From Lepidodermella squamata (Eukaryota > Animalia > Gastrotricha): 64,000 bases of DNA. Below the pieces are notes generated by a model. It was not told the origin of the DNA, searched no databases, and worked only from the letters and a program-made list of their open reading frames with translations. Where the stretch lies: NCBI GenBank assembly GCA_047495785.1, contig JBLDXI010000004.1, positions 372,001 to 436,000 of the forward strand, given 5' to 3'. A program made the position numbers and the translations under genes. Shown here piece by piece: positions 38,901-51,875 of this stretch. Each line of letters starts with the position of its first letter. Within the stretch, counting starts at the first letter, position 1.

Positions 38901-39872
38901 GTAATCAAAAATCCATCCACGGGATTTCTAGAGGGAGGGTCGCAAAGTTGACCCGTTTTCACCAAAACGGCCTCCTTACGACCCTTTTTGTGAAATTTGA
39001 ATTGCTTCCCCTTGCGATTCCCGTGGTTAGACTTTCGGCGCTTCCGACCAGCCGTGTAGAGCAGGCCTTGGGCTGTTTAGTGATATGAAAAAATGCAATT
39101 GTCATCCACTGTTTTTCGGAGATGCAGGCGCTTCAAGGCTGAAAAACGCCAATTTTTCACTTTTTCTTAGGTTTTCGGAAGATTTTGAAAATTCCAGCCA
39201 CGAATTTATATTTGTTTATCCTTCATTATTTTGTCCTAGATTTCTTGGCAATAATTTTGGGGAAATTTCTCATAGTTATCCACGAAATCAGACTGCTACG
39301 TCAAGTCCGCGTAATGAACTGCAAACCTTGATTTTCTGTCCTTACTCGATGTAGAACAATCGCCAATGGTTCAAACTACGTCATTTTTTCTCAAATTGTC
39401 CAGTCGGGGCCTTGTATTCATGCAACGTGAAAGAAAATTTGATGCAAAGGCAGGAGACTAATCAATCAACGATTTATCGACAAATTCAACATCAAGTCAA
39501 ATCAGAATTTTCTCAGAAATCATCAGTTTCTGAAATATCCAGCCACAGAAATTGAGAAATTGTTTCGAGACCTGCAGCGTCAGAGCCCAATCAGTCAGCA
39601 TTTTTCAGAAAAACATGACATCATCCTCGAAATAAAAAAGATACTTAATGAAACTTAGCTCAAATTTATCGAGGCTCGAAGGTTTTTGCCAGAAAATACC
39701 TACGGCAGTGCTAGTATGTGTGCTGTACATTCATATGTATGCATATTGTATAGGCTAGTATAGTCTTGTACACGCGCATCTATGCGAATATAAATGTAAA
39801 CATTGCGCGGGTAAGGAAAGCGCGCGCATTTGCCGCAGGTTATTCATAGTGCGCGAGTTCTGAAACACCCTG
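35956..39872. mobile_element. Non-autonomous Tc1/mariner-type element, 3.9 kb
   Basis: TA|CAGGGTGTTTCAGA..AACCTGCGGCAAATGCGCGCG and its inverse ending TCTGAAACACCCTG|TA; no transposase seen. Confidence 0.8.
38085..39110. repeat. Tandem repeat, ~5.5 diverged units of ~180-190 bp
   Basis: Core TAGACTTTCGGCGC recurs at ~38095, 38274, 38457, 38648, 38839, 39028 with similarity across whole units. Confidence 0.9.
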
Positions 39873-40196
39873 TATAATTTGAAATAACAAATGGAGCGAA
39901 GAGTTTAAACCAAGAGGGGAGGGGGCTGGTTTTTTTTTGGCGGCGCGACTTTTCGGGTAAAGTGGGGGTAATCATCCCCCCGCTAATTCCGCCTTTTCCT
40001 TTTCCTTTTCCTTTTCCTTTCCTTTTCATTTCGAGAACGGAAGTTTTTAGGTGTGATTTTACAGAAGTGCGGGAAATATCTCAACAAATAAGCAATTCTG
40101 GTCGTACAGCGTTCAAGTTGAATTTGTCGAAATTTTCGGTAGGAGGTAGGCAGAACTCGGAATTGCCGAGAGCAGCATAGCCATTGAAATACATAC

Positions 40197-42646
40197 CCTG
40201 CCTTACAATCCCAGAAAGACTCGTAAAAAGTGATATCGCCTTGCCATATCACCTGTTGTAAAATTGGAATAGAACGCAATGTCACATGGCGATAGAAAAA
40301 TAGAAGCCGCCTACCGTGTTAGCTGGGCAGTTCATTGATCGCGGAATGCAAACGGCATAGAAATTTGTCCTGTTTTCAACGCAGCTGATATAACTGTCCA
40401 CGTTGGCCTACAATTAGATTATTTACTTCATGACGCTCTCAGTACAATACAAAATTCTCACCTGAAGCATAGACATGCAATCAGAGATAGATTCAGAGAT
40501 CGGAGCATCGAAGCCACCTACAGGCCCGATCTAGCATTGACGCAATGCTAAAACAAAATGTTAACTTGAAGCAAGCTCACGTCGAATTTCCCTGTTCCTG
40601 TTTCGCAGGTTTCACGGCAAGTGCCACCGGTTGTCGAATCGAAGCACATGCGAATAGGCTGCCGAATCCTGATTCGTCAAAATAGATCCGTTGTAAATAA
40701 ATATACCTTACCCCATGTTCGCAGTCTGTTTTGGTACGGAAGATAATCGGGCTGAGAGTCTGGCAGGCGGTAAAATGTTGTTAATCCAGCATTTCAATAC
40801 AATTCAGTTCTCACATCAGTCCCGCTGCAGTTAGCCGGCGCTTTGTTGCAGCCTTTAAACGCAGGAACCGACCAGTCGAAGCAGCGTTGATGCGGATACT
40901 TCTCAGGTGGGGCTGCATATCGAATAGAACGATTTAAAAATCAAAATTAAAGCTTCAAAATTAAAAAAAGTTGAAATTCACCAGAAGTGCACTTGTAAAG
41001 GCTGTTGAACGTAGCCCCTGTGATAGTCCCATTAGGACACGAAGCGTTGTTAGGAACAGATACGCATGACACAGTGGCGAACGTAATTTGATCCACACAG
41101 AGCTTGTGAGGTTTCTGATAGGTTTCAAAACGTTTGAGTAAGACTGAAGTAATTTGGCTTAGTTCTTAGTTCTCACCAGCGTTTGAAGACAATCAGCATA
41201 GTTGCTCGCAAAGTCGGCTTTCGAGTTGAATGTCGATACCTGAACAAAACTATTAAAAATGATTGGATTCAGGGTTCAAATTATGTACCGCAGTCATTGG
41301 AGAAGGGCAGTTGTTGCGGCAAACCAAGCGTCCATTCGTGGAGCAAACCGCTGCCGGCTGTGAGATTTTAGAAATTGAACAAAGGCTGAAATGATGTGAA
41401 TCAAACTAACGCCGTTGATACAGTGAGCTTTGTCCATATAAGTACCGAGGCTGTAGGTCTTGAAGAAAACCGAGCTTTTACGCTCTGGAAGTCAAGTGTT
41501 TGTAGGCACCATACCTGAGTTACGTCGGGCGAATCGCAAGGCTTAGATTGGCAGCCGAGAAAAGACCGGTCACTTTGAAGGAAGCATCGGTAATGAGGCA
41601 AGAAATCAGAGTCGTTACGCTTCACTGGCTCGAAAAAAGGATGTCAATTTGAATTCACACTGGCTGAAAACTATCTCCCAAATAACTTACGATTCGCCTG
41701 TACCATGCATGAAGAAGTTGTCGACCAAGATCCAACCACACTCTGAACAATAAAAGAATGTATTTTTCCGTATTGTTAAGAAATTATTTAATGAGATTTC
41801 GTGAGATCACTCGTATCGTTTCAACTCTGAATGGCCAGGGGAAATTTCTGGTTGATAGTTGTAAAAATTCTTATTTAGTTAAAAATATAAGAAAATTATT
41901 CATAATTTTGAAGATTATCCACTAAAACAGGCTACAAAACCTCTTAAAATTAACGAAACGGGGGATAAAATCTCATTTTATTGTCTGGCCCGGCTGTGCT
42001 TACTTACCCCGCCGTTTGGGCATGGGCCATTGACAGGAATGCAAGTTTGCTGGCCATTGCTATTACAAAGCGTCGCTTGAATATTCTGTGGAAATTTCAA
42101 ACATTCATTTTGAGCTGTTTGGTGTGGAAAAAATTAACCAAAAATGTATTGATAGTTGCTCTGCATATTTTGTACTGCGCTTCAAAGTTGAGGCCCAAAA
42201 ATTCAGCCGTCTAAGATTAGAAATAATCAATTAGAGATTTAAAGAAAAATGAGCAGCGAACCAAAACTTCATCCGTTTTTGAACAGCCCAAGTTTCGAGG
42301 AATACATCGCACATTGATTGTTTTGAAATTGAAACAACTGCGGGCGGCCTTAAATTCATCAAGAAATAAATTAAAAAATTGGTTGGTATTGGAAAATGGC
42401 TCACCCCTTCAAGGCAGCTAGCTGAAGATGGCAAAGCGAGTCCGAGCTAGGATGAAATATTTTAGGAATTTCCAATGGCGAATTAATCGATTAGTTTATC
42501 CTTGCCTGAACTTCATCAAGAGGCGAACAGGCAACTTTACAGCCCGTAAAGGTGTCATCCAGCCGCGAGAAGCAACGCCGGTAGTCGGCTGAAACGGCTG
42601 AACAAGCTAAGCCAAAAATGGAAGCTACGAGCAGAATCTTTGACAT
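40197..42646 (-). CDS. Paralogue F, long-type; terminal CTLD exon not found
   Basis: MSKILLVASIFGLACSAVSADYRRCFSRLDDTFTGCKVACSPLDEVQ (GC donor), then exons colinear with C through VIWQGDITFYESFWDCKA; the exons I translated are open, not all were checked. Confidence 0.75.
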
Positions 42647-43245
42647 TTGAAAAAAATCGAAAAATAAATAATGCGAAACGAAATAGGCTGAAATAAATGA
42701 GTTATTTTTCGAGTGAGTAAATTTTTGTGCTTGCTTTTCTCAATTTGATAACGGACGAGATCGCGTGGCTTTTGTAAAATATCGTAAACAACTCGATCGC
42801 CACGTGGTAAAACTGCTACGTTTTACAATTTTAATTCATTATTTTCTAGCGACACCCCGGCCTCGATACTCCAACCAGAGGAAGCCTGAAAAAACCAGCT
42901 GGGTGCCGAAGAAACCGAGAAAACACCTCAGCTCCCGGATCCTACTTCGCACACTGATTTTTGTAATCTTTCAAACTTGGAATTAAGACCGTTTTATCTT
43001 AAAACTTGGATTTTGCGATGTGACGGGCTTATTTTTTTGCTTGTCCAAAGTCTGTGGTAAAAAGCGCGTGCTTGTTTTCAAATGATTGAAAAGCACATGG
43101 CCTGATTTGTTTTCGCCCAATGTCGGTGTTTTCGGTATTAAAATGAGTGCAAATAACGGACGAAAACACATCGCTATTCACATTTCATTCGCTTCATTTT
43201 ACAAACGAATTAAATCAAAGGAATTCAATCGGTTTATATGATCGA

Positions 43246-46200
43246 ATGGCAGCCAGTCACAAAGCCCTTCTGTTATTGCTTATTCTGGCGTCCGGCGACG
43301 TTGCTTCGGGCAAGAAACAGGCGAACTGGGTTCGATGCTTCTCGCAGTTCACCAACAGATTCACCGGCTGCGTTCTAGCTACTGCTGGTTGTAGTCCACT
43401 CACCGATTATCAGGTTTACCTAATTTTCATTTTCATGCCTCCTCAGAGCCGGGAACTTTTGCTTTCCATAGCTGGGGCCCACGTTTCGAACAATCGGCGT
43501 CTGTAACACTGGGGTTGATTTTCTTTTTCTGCTGAAGCCGTATGTTCAACTCAGCTCTATTTACAGAGTGCTCGAATGTGCTACAAGTATGAAACTTTAA
43601 CCCCGATTTGCGTGCCTGGCAACATTGGCTGTAACAGCCCGGCTTCAATGGCAGTGAGTCTCTAATCCAATCAAAAATATTTATGATTTTGAATTTATTC
43701 CCCAGTCGTTGCGGTTTGACGATCAGAGGCCAGCTTTGAGCTTGAAATTCAACCTTAACGAATGCGAGAAGAAAAAAGCTGCTTTTCAAGTGAGACCTTC
43801 GCAACTTGTTTAACGATAGCGTATGCCTTGTACATTTTCCCCATGCAGAAATCAACATTTCGTCGATGCACTTCTAACGACACTATTCAAACTTGCGTGC
43901 TGGCCTCGAACACTGCCCAAACAACTGGGTTCGCTATCTTCATTTTTCTATTTTCTGAGCCAATCGGCCATGAAGGAGCAAATGTTTCGATTTGTTTCAG
44001 TGGAAATTTCAAATTTTCCGTTCCACCACAAATTGTTGTGTATACTTTCTAAAGTTTTCAAAATTTTGATTTCAACATTTGAAAAATTCAATTAAACTTT
44101 AAATATTTAAATAAATTTGAAAATAAATAATTTTCAAAATTTGGAAATTTATTGCAGAATTAAATTCAAAAAATTAACCACAAACTGAAATTATTTTTTC
44201 TCAATTCCATATACTAACGAGGACGTTCTTCTCAATCTTAAATTACGGACCTCCTTCAATCAATCAAAATCACTCATTGTCATAATTTTCCAGGACTAAA
44301 TCAATCAAATCAAATCAAATCACCCATAAATCACAATAAATCCCGCAACATCTCGATTTTCATGAAGTTTGAGGCTTCGAAATGTCAAGAATGGGCAAGA
44401 ATAACGCGAATTTGTAACCTTCGTTCCTTGCTAAAGCAAATTTTCATAAAAAAGGAGAGGTCTTTGTTGCATGGCATCAAGTTTTTTGAGTGCATCTCCA
44501 AGAGGAAATCAAAGTCAAATGAAATCAAAATGCTTCCCCGCGCGAATCAATCATTTCAAATCTAAAATAGGTTCTAAATCAGATCAAATCCAAATCACTG
44601 AACTAAACTTGCTTTCCCTGTTAGGTAACTGGATCAACGCTGTATTCCAATTTAACTGCTTGCACTAACGGCACTAGTGAGTTCTTTAAATTTTTGGGTT
44701 AATACTTGAGTGGAAGACAGTGCAACTCAACTTTAAACTCGATTTCTTTTAACCTGTCCAGTCTCAGTTCCGATCAGCGAGAAGCCGCATGTCCGCTGCT
44801 TCGATTCGACAACTGGCAAATTTAACAACTGCCGCCCTCAAAGCACTGGCTGCTTCGCCAACAACGAAACTCAGCAATACTCGAACAAAGTTTACATCAA
44901 CCTGGCTTCGTGCCTGCTTGGGGTAAGCTGTGCAACTAACAGCTGCTACTGCATCTTAATTTTACGAATTTTAGAATGCCGTCTCATGCAAGGATTCATC
45001 GAACGCATCGTCGTGCTACGCTGCGTGTCCTAAATGTCAATTTCAGGTGAGGCGCAATTCAAGGCTTGGTTATATCTTCAAGATTCCAGTATCTGTATTA
45101 CAGGCCAAGTTGTTCTCGAGCTTGCAGAGCTTTCAACTCAACCACGACAAATGCATGCAGGATATCACGCCTGTGAGTTCTCTCCGAGTTTGTTTTATTG
45201 GCACGAGTCGCGATAAGTTGAAAGGTCCAGCTTCCAGCTCCATAATTCATAGTTCATAGATAAGCATGGTTTGATCATTTTCATTTTCAAATAGCTTCAA
45301 GGTTCTCACAGTGGGAAAGTAGGATCTTTGAGATTGGGTGCCTTTGGGTATTTTCAGCCAGGGTGCGAAGTACATGACTCCAACCAGAGGAAGGCTGAAA
45401 AATCCACAGGGGGGTCCCTTTGGTTTCTTCGGCTGGGTCCTAGAAAGCAAGTGGAAAACACCTCAGCTCCCGGATCCTACTTCGCACGCTGTTATCAGCC
45501 TAGAAACTGAGCAAAAGGTCACTTGTAGATTTTTTTGGGGTTTCTTTCCTGTAACGCCTTACCTCCGTACTTCGAACACAAGCTGCAAATTCGATATTGT
45601 GTTTTTTTCCAAGCAACCTCCCGCCCGGACTAAAAAGTTTCATGTTGTAAACTCGTGTAAATGGGGTGAAAACACGTCCGTGTATTTTGCTGTAAAATCA
45701 GGTAGAAATGGTAACGACTCCTATGAATTTACATGATCATTTTATTGATTCAGCTCACACGAATTTACATTTAGACCATAATTGGCCGCCGTTCGCCCTG
45801 CGCTTCCACTGAATTACACGGAGTTGTGAGTCTGGTTGATTTCGCCGGAAACGCTGGAAAAACTTGTCTTGACTTGCTTCTCCCAGCTGAATCGTCAAAC
45901 TTAAGTTTCCAACGACATTTCGCCGTTGTAAACTCATGTAAGAAGATTCAGCCGAGAAAAGCAAGTCAAGACAAGTTTTTCCAGCGTTTCCGGCGAAATC
46001 AACCAGACTCACAACTCCGTGTAATTCCGTGGAAGCGCAGAGAGATGGCTCAAAAATATAGCATTTTTCACACAGACTGCGCGAAAATGGCACAAAAAGT
46101 CGAGGAACATCGTGTAATTCCGTGTAACCACAGGCACAGCAAAACGTATAGGAAAACACATTTTCACACAGAATTCGAAAAAATGGGAGAAAAATCGTGA

Positions 46201-49200
46201 AAACTGGTGGGATAAACGCAAAAATGGCAGCATGAAAACAGCAAAGAGAAAATTGCAATTTCCACAGAAATGACGATTTTCACATCAACGGCATTTTTCA
46301 TGAAATTATCAAATTTCACAGATTTCGCGAAAAGCAATAAAATCGAGAAAAATCGTTATTTTATTGTCTGTTCCTTGGCGCATCTTTTGCGCTAAAATGT
46401 GACCAATGACCCATGACGAACAGCCAGGAATTCAGCCTAACGTGAACAGCTTCAGCAACAGGATTCAACTGAAAGTAACCGAAAATGTAGTCGAAGTAAC
46501 AGCGTGACATCAACGTTTGATCACCTGAATTTCAAAATCAGCAGCAGCATCAGGACATTTACTTCGATCTTGCCGATCTTGTGCAAAATCCCTGAAAATC
46601 AACAGTTTCGCAATTAAACTGAATATGGAATGAAAATATGCGCCAAAATGATTCCTCAAGCCACAAGCAACAGAATTCAGATGAAATCATTTAAATTGTT
46701 GTTTAATTTTGGGTAAAACGCCGAAATAACCTAAAATTATTCGAAGGCAGGCTTTGCTCATTTTACCAGCTTGTCGAAATTCTACTCGCGACCGATAATC
46801 GATTATTTACAGGAATCAGCTCATGAAACATTTTTTCTGGGAATTTTTCTTAACCTAATTTTACTTTAAAAATTGAGTTAAGGGAAAATTATCAGCAAAG
46901 TTTGTTCATCAGATATACTAAATTTGCATGCTAAAATTGATTAATTAACTCGCCTTTTCAACCGGTTTCAAATCGCCGAGGGTCGTGTCCACAGGCTGAA
47001 CCAGCTTGATGTAAGTGAGCACAAACTTAAAGATTGCCTGAAAATGGTTATATTCATTCATTATTTTGATGAAAAATTGTCTCTAAAATTGTCAGAGACT
47101 TCTAACCTTCATTGCGGTTTGTTTTCGGTTTTGTTCAACAACGAAACCGTCCACCGTCCATAGTGCAGTCGTTCGAGGACATGAAATGCGGACAAAGTGA
47201 AAACTTAATAATCAAATAAATTCATGGTGGTTTGCAACTCACCAAATTTCAGGAAATTCGAGAAGTCATGAGCCATTGCTGACAATCTATAGGGATTCAA
47301 AGTCAAAATTAAATTATGGAAACAAAAAATCAGTTTTTCAGATTTTTGCCATAAAAATATGATAATAATTTATTTATTAAAAAATGAGACAAAACCACTA
47401 TTAAATGATATTTTTAGTTAATATTTAATTATTATGCAGGTTTCCATTTTTTTAATTGAAAAACTTGAAAATGAATTATGGTTGAACAAATGTCGAATTT
47501 CGCTGGACAAAATCAGATATTATTGGAAAATTCGGAAAGGAGCTTTTAACATGCGGAACCCAAATGCTTTTTTACTTTCAAATCCAAATTCTAAAAGGGA
47601 TTTTTTTTTAATTTTGAAAATAAATTTTTTGGGAATTTTGGGAAGTCATTTAACCTTTAAATTGTAAGCAATTTTTTATATATTTTTGCATGCTTTGCTG
47701 CATAGGCGTGGGGCAAAGCCATTGAAATTAATGCCTCACCTTTCCCAATGTCGTCTCAAACTAACGACTTCTAACAACATTATGTGTGTAGTCATCCAGT
47801 CTATTTTACTCCTTAAAAATTAGTTTCTCATCCTTAAACACAAAAATAATTTTGGTCGTAGCTTCATGTTATCACAACTCAGCAAATAATTCATAATTCT
47901 TCAGAAATTGTCCAGTTAAATGGTATATTGCATATAACTGTGTAGCAGGCAACGCAAAAATTGGAATGGCTTTAAAAGTCTGGGATAAAATTCTCTTTAA
48001 TTCTTTAATCATCTCTATTCTTAAAATTTAATTAATTTTAACGATAAGCATAATTTAGCGGCGATGAGATTTCCTTAACTAAAAAAGCTTCGATCACTAC
48101 ACCCTATGTATCCTCATAATTTCAAGTTTTATAAATTAAAAATCCTGAAAAATAATACCGGGGTAAAACTTCAGAAATATTTAAGGCCTAAGCAGCTACG
48201 ATGGCGATGGCAAATTTTAAAAATCGAGGCAAAAAGGTGTCCAAAATAAACTGCTAATTACATGGATGGGCTTTTTAAATTCCATACGACTTCTACCTAC
48301 TATCTACGTTGTATTTAGTTTTAGTCATTTACCTGGCGAAATTATCACTTACTAGGTAGAATAATTAAATTGGCATCGACAAGCTGGAATACACGCTCAA
48401 TGTTCCCGTGAGATTGAATATCGAATAGGCGAAAGGGCTTGATCTGGCGCGGCCAATATAAACAACGACCATAGCGGGCAGTAAAAGAATCTCGAGAATA
48501 AATTGCTTTACCTGTTCACCTTTGACTTGGCACCTCGGAATCGAAACGAGGCCGGCCAGTTTGTTCAATGAAACATCGAGCAGCATGTAATAAAAAATTG
48601 ACCTGATTTCAAACGACGAACAAATAGCGAATGACTGTGTGGCCCTCATTCCGCTAAGTTTGTCCTAAGCCTCACGTGCCAGATGACACGTAACACAAGG
48701 CCACGCTTTATTTAAAATTGTTTTTAATTCAATTTTTTCACATTATCGATCCTTCTCATTTATCATTTTCAAGGGAACCGTTCCATGACGTATAAATTAT
48801 TCAGCGGCTTGTACATTTTCTGCGTGCAAGTAGAATCTTATCGAAACGCTACGTCTTCAATGCTATTAAATTATAACGAAAAATTAAAGAATTTTTTTCT
48901 CGAAAATTTATCCATTGGCAAAGCGTTTGAGTATCGAGTTTCAATTTCGATATTTACAATTAGGCTTGAAATGCCGGCTTGGTCACGTGCACCTTCATTT
49001 TTAGAACTCGAATCTATGCGCCTTCAAAGTTGGAGAAACGTGGCATTCTTTGGCATTTTTCATTCTTCCTATGATATTTTTACACCAAAAATATGTTCGC
49101 ACAAATATGTATAGCTAAATATTTCCCAAAAAGCATACATTACTTCTAAACATTCCTTTTTTCGAAATTTATTTTCTCTGAATTTTCCGGTTTATTTTTC

Positions 49201-51200
49201 TCCAAATTTATCTCTAATTTAGTCCCAAGTTTTGGCATAAAGTACATCATTGCTAAACTTAACTGTTGCGTAATAAGAAAATAATGTTGAGCTGTTTTTA
49301 ATCTTCTGAAATTTCTATTTTAATTTTAAATTTTAGTCGACCTTGAGGGATCTTGTTGATCACTAAATGCGCAACCTACTTCGAGATTTGGATGAAGCGC
49401 GATGGCTTGAAATAAATATATATAATTTCAGCAATTAATTTACACCCATAAAGATGATTTTTGGTACATTTGAAAGCAATTATCGGTCACCAAAGACACC
49501 GCTTTAAAATGGCGAAAAATAGCTCAGACAAATCAATTCCATGACATATAAAAAATTCGCAGTGGATGAATATTAAACAAATTATTGTGGCCAATCTTGA
49601 CATGAAATAAATATCCGAAAAGCGATTTCAGGCCACTAGAAAAGTCCAAAATTTGGTTCCGCTAACAGGAGGACCCAAATTCAATTCCTGAATTTTCCTC
49701 TGAATTTTGAAATTTTGATAAATTTCTGAAATTTCTAAAAATCCCAAAAAATTCGAAATGAAGCACGCGAAAATAAAGCAAACACAGCGAAATTTGCACG
49801 ATTCTGTACAAAAATAAGCTAAAACTTGGAAGGAAAGCATTTTCAAATATTTCTGAATTCCTGAAGCAAAGGCTTCACGCGAAAGAACGTTTGTTTCGAA
49901 TTTTCGCGCTCAATTCCAAACTGCGTCATTTTCACGATCTCACCGTTTGGCGTAAATAAAACATCCGCTACAATTCAACCTCGCCGATTTTTTCCAACAT
50001 TTTTGCATCATTAAGACTGAAATCACGTAACTTCGTTTTTTGCGAAAAATACCTAAATTTTAATCAACAATTTCATTATTTCTCGATTCTTTATTATAAA
50101 ATCTGTCTACATGAATTTACACGGTGGTTTATTGAGCAAAAAATTGCCAGTATACATCATTTAAACTCCGTGTATTTTCGTGTAACCCCTCGGTTTCTCC
50201 CGAAATAGAAAGAGCAGAAATTTCTATGCAATTCCATGAAATTTCCGATCGTGTAATTTCATGTAAAGTCAATTGCGGCTCGGACTTGAAAATTCGAGCA
50301 GTAAAATGAGGGTATTATCGGCTGAATTTCCAAAATTTATTTATTTTTTGTTCAATCGATCTTCCTACATGAGAATACAACGTCTTTTTCCGGATGTAAA
50401 ATCATGTGAAGATATTCCAGTCGAAAAATCGTTCAGCTTCCATTGAAATACATCGAAGAAATAACTGAAGGACGGAAATCCATGAGTTTACATGACCGAA
50501 TTTCAGGGATTACACGAATTTCCATGAGTTTCCTCAGCCGAAAATGGACAAACCCTGTTTTACAACGCTTAATTCCGGATCGCTGAGCTGGTTCCTGATC
50601 TGCTTACATGAAAATACCAAAATAAACTGCAATTTACACAAGAATACAGGAATTTACAATGTTAATTTACTCACACTTTTTTGTCCGGGCGGTTACTATC
50701 GATGCGTGGCGAAGAGTGACAACTCAGCTCAATGCGTCTTAGACTCGACTGGCTGCGATGTGGCTACTCAATTTCGAATCCCAGCTAACGTGTCATATGC
50801 CGACGAAAACACCTGCAATCATGTAACCAAACATTTCCCGTTCATCAAAAGGGGCTATTCAAGAAGCGCAGCTGCGGCAGCGTGCTTGACCATCAGCGCA
50901 ACGCTAGCCACGTTAGTTTCGCCGGCTGAATTTGCGACTATTAAAGAAATGATAGCAGGCCAAGCTACGGGTGGCGCCTGGGTCGGCCTCAGCCGGCAAA
51001 ATGGCGAACTCAAATGGGACGATGGGACTGCATTCACATTCGATCCCAATATGTGGATGGCAGCTGAATCTTCGCCAGACAAAGTTACGAGTGACTGTAT
51101 TGCTCTTCAAGTCGGTACAGGTGTCGGCGGATGGGGTTTCTATTTCACTTCTAAGCCTTGCGACTTTTCAACTGCTGCTTCATGTGAGATCATTTTGTAA
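43246..51200 (+). pseudogene. Paralogue G, short-type, disrupted
   Basis: MAASHKALLLLLILASGDVASGKKQANWVRCFSQF..; colinear with H; 1-nt deletion at ~43900; last exon (acceptor 45613, QPPG|YYRC..AWVGL..KWDDG..CEIIL*) split by 45624-50689. Confidence 0.8.
45624..50689. mobile_element. 5.07-kb non-autonomous CMC/EnSpm-type element
   Basis: CCCGGACTAAAAAGT ... ACTTTTTTGTCCGGG ends, 2-bp TSD CG, TTTACA(C/T)G subterminal repeats; excision restores the exon frame CAA CCT CCC GGT TAC. Confidence 0.82.
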
Positions 51201-51875
51201 GACTGAGATCAGTGATGCGACATGCGAGGCTCAAGACCTGCATTTACCCTTGTGAGATGATCAAATAAAATGTGTAAGTATATGTGAGAAGATAGAAGAT
51301 AGAAGATGAAATAAAACAGTATTTGAATTGAGCTTCGCGCAGCCTAATAATCAGAGCTTTGTATTTGAGTTGATTAACAGCTTAAATCACGGGCTTCCTA
51401 CAATCAATCAAAATCAATCATTATCCCAATTTCTCAAGACTGAAAAAATCCAATTAAATAATCGAAAGTTATAAATAACAATAAATGACGGAACATCTCG
51501 ATTTCAACGAAGCTAGGGGCCAACGTCAATGCCAAGATGAGTATTTCCTGATAGTAAAACCTTGGATCTTTGAATCATATTAGGAAGAAAGCAGAGATTG
51601 TTTTAGATCTGTTAGATTATGTTGCAAGCGCATGGAAACAATTCTCAATGCCCTGATTTCAATTTGCCAAAATTCTTGTCTATCTAGTGATTTTTCCAAC
51701 AAAATCACATGATGTTTACGCTAATCAATATTTTAGAATGAGAGTAACGCGAGATCATCTCGTCAACAGGGGGGCACGCGCGTGCTCAGAAAATCAGACA
51801 TCGCTATTTCATTCGCTTCATTTTAAAAAAAAATTATATAACGTGAGTTTTGAATAATTTTTTACTAGTATCAAG

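Noticed and set aside
38085-39110. Regularly spaced conserved motif resembling a CRISPR array
   Set aside because: Period ~185 bp, intervening sequences homologous to each other, eukaryotic context, no cas genes.
22942-42646. E and F as halves of one gene split by TEs
   Set aside because: Both contain their own versions of the same exons (KPHKxC, HxRCFDWS), so they are separate paralogues.
50670-50700. Mutated splice acceptor for G's CTLD exon
   Set aside because: This is the TIR of the inserted element; the true acceptor is at 45613.
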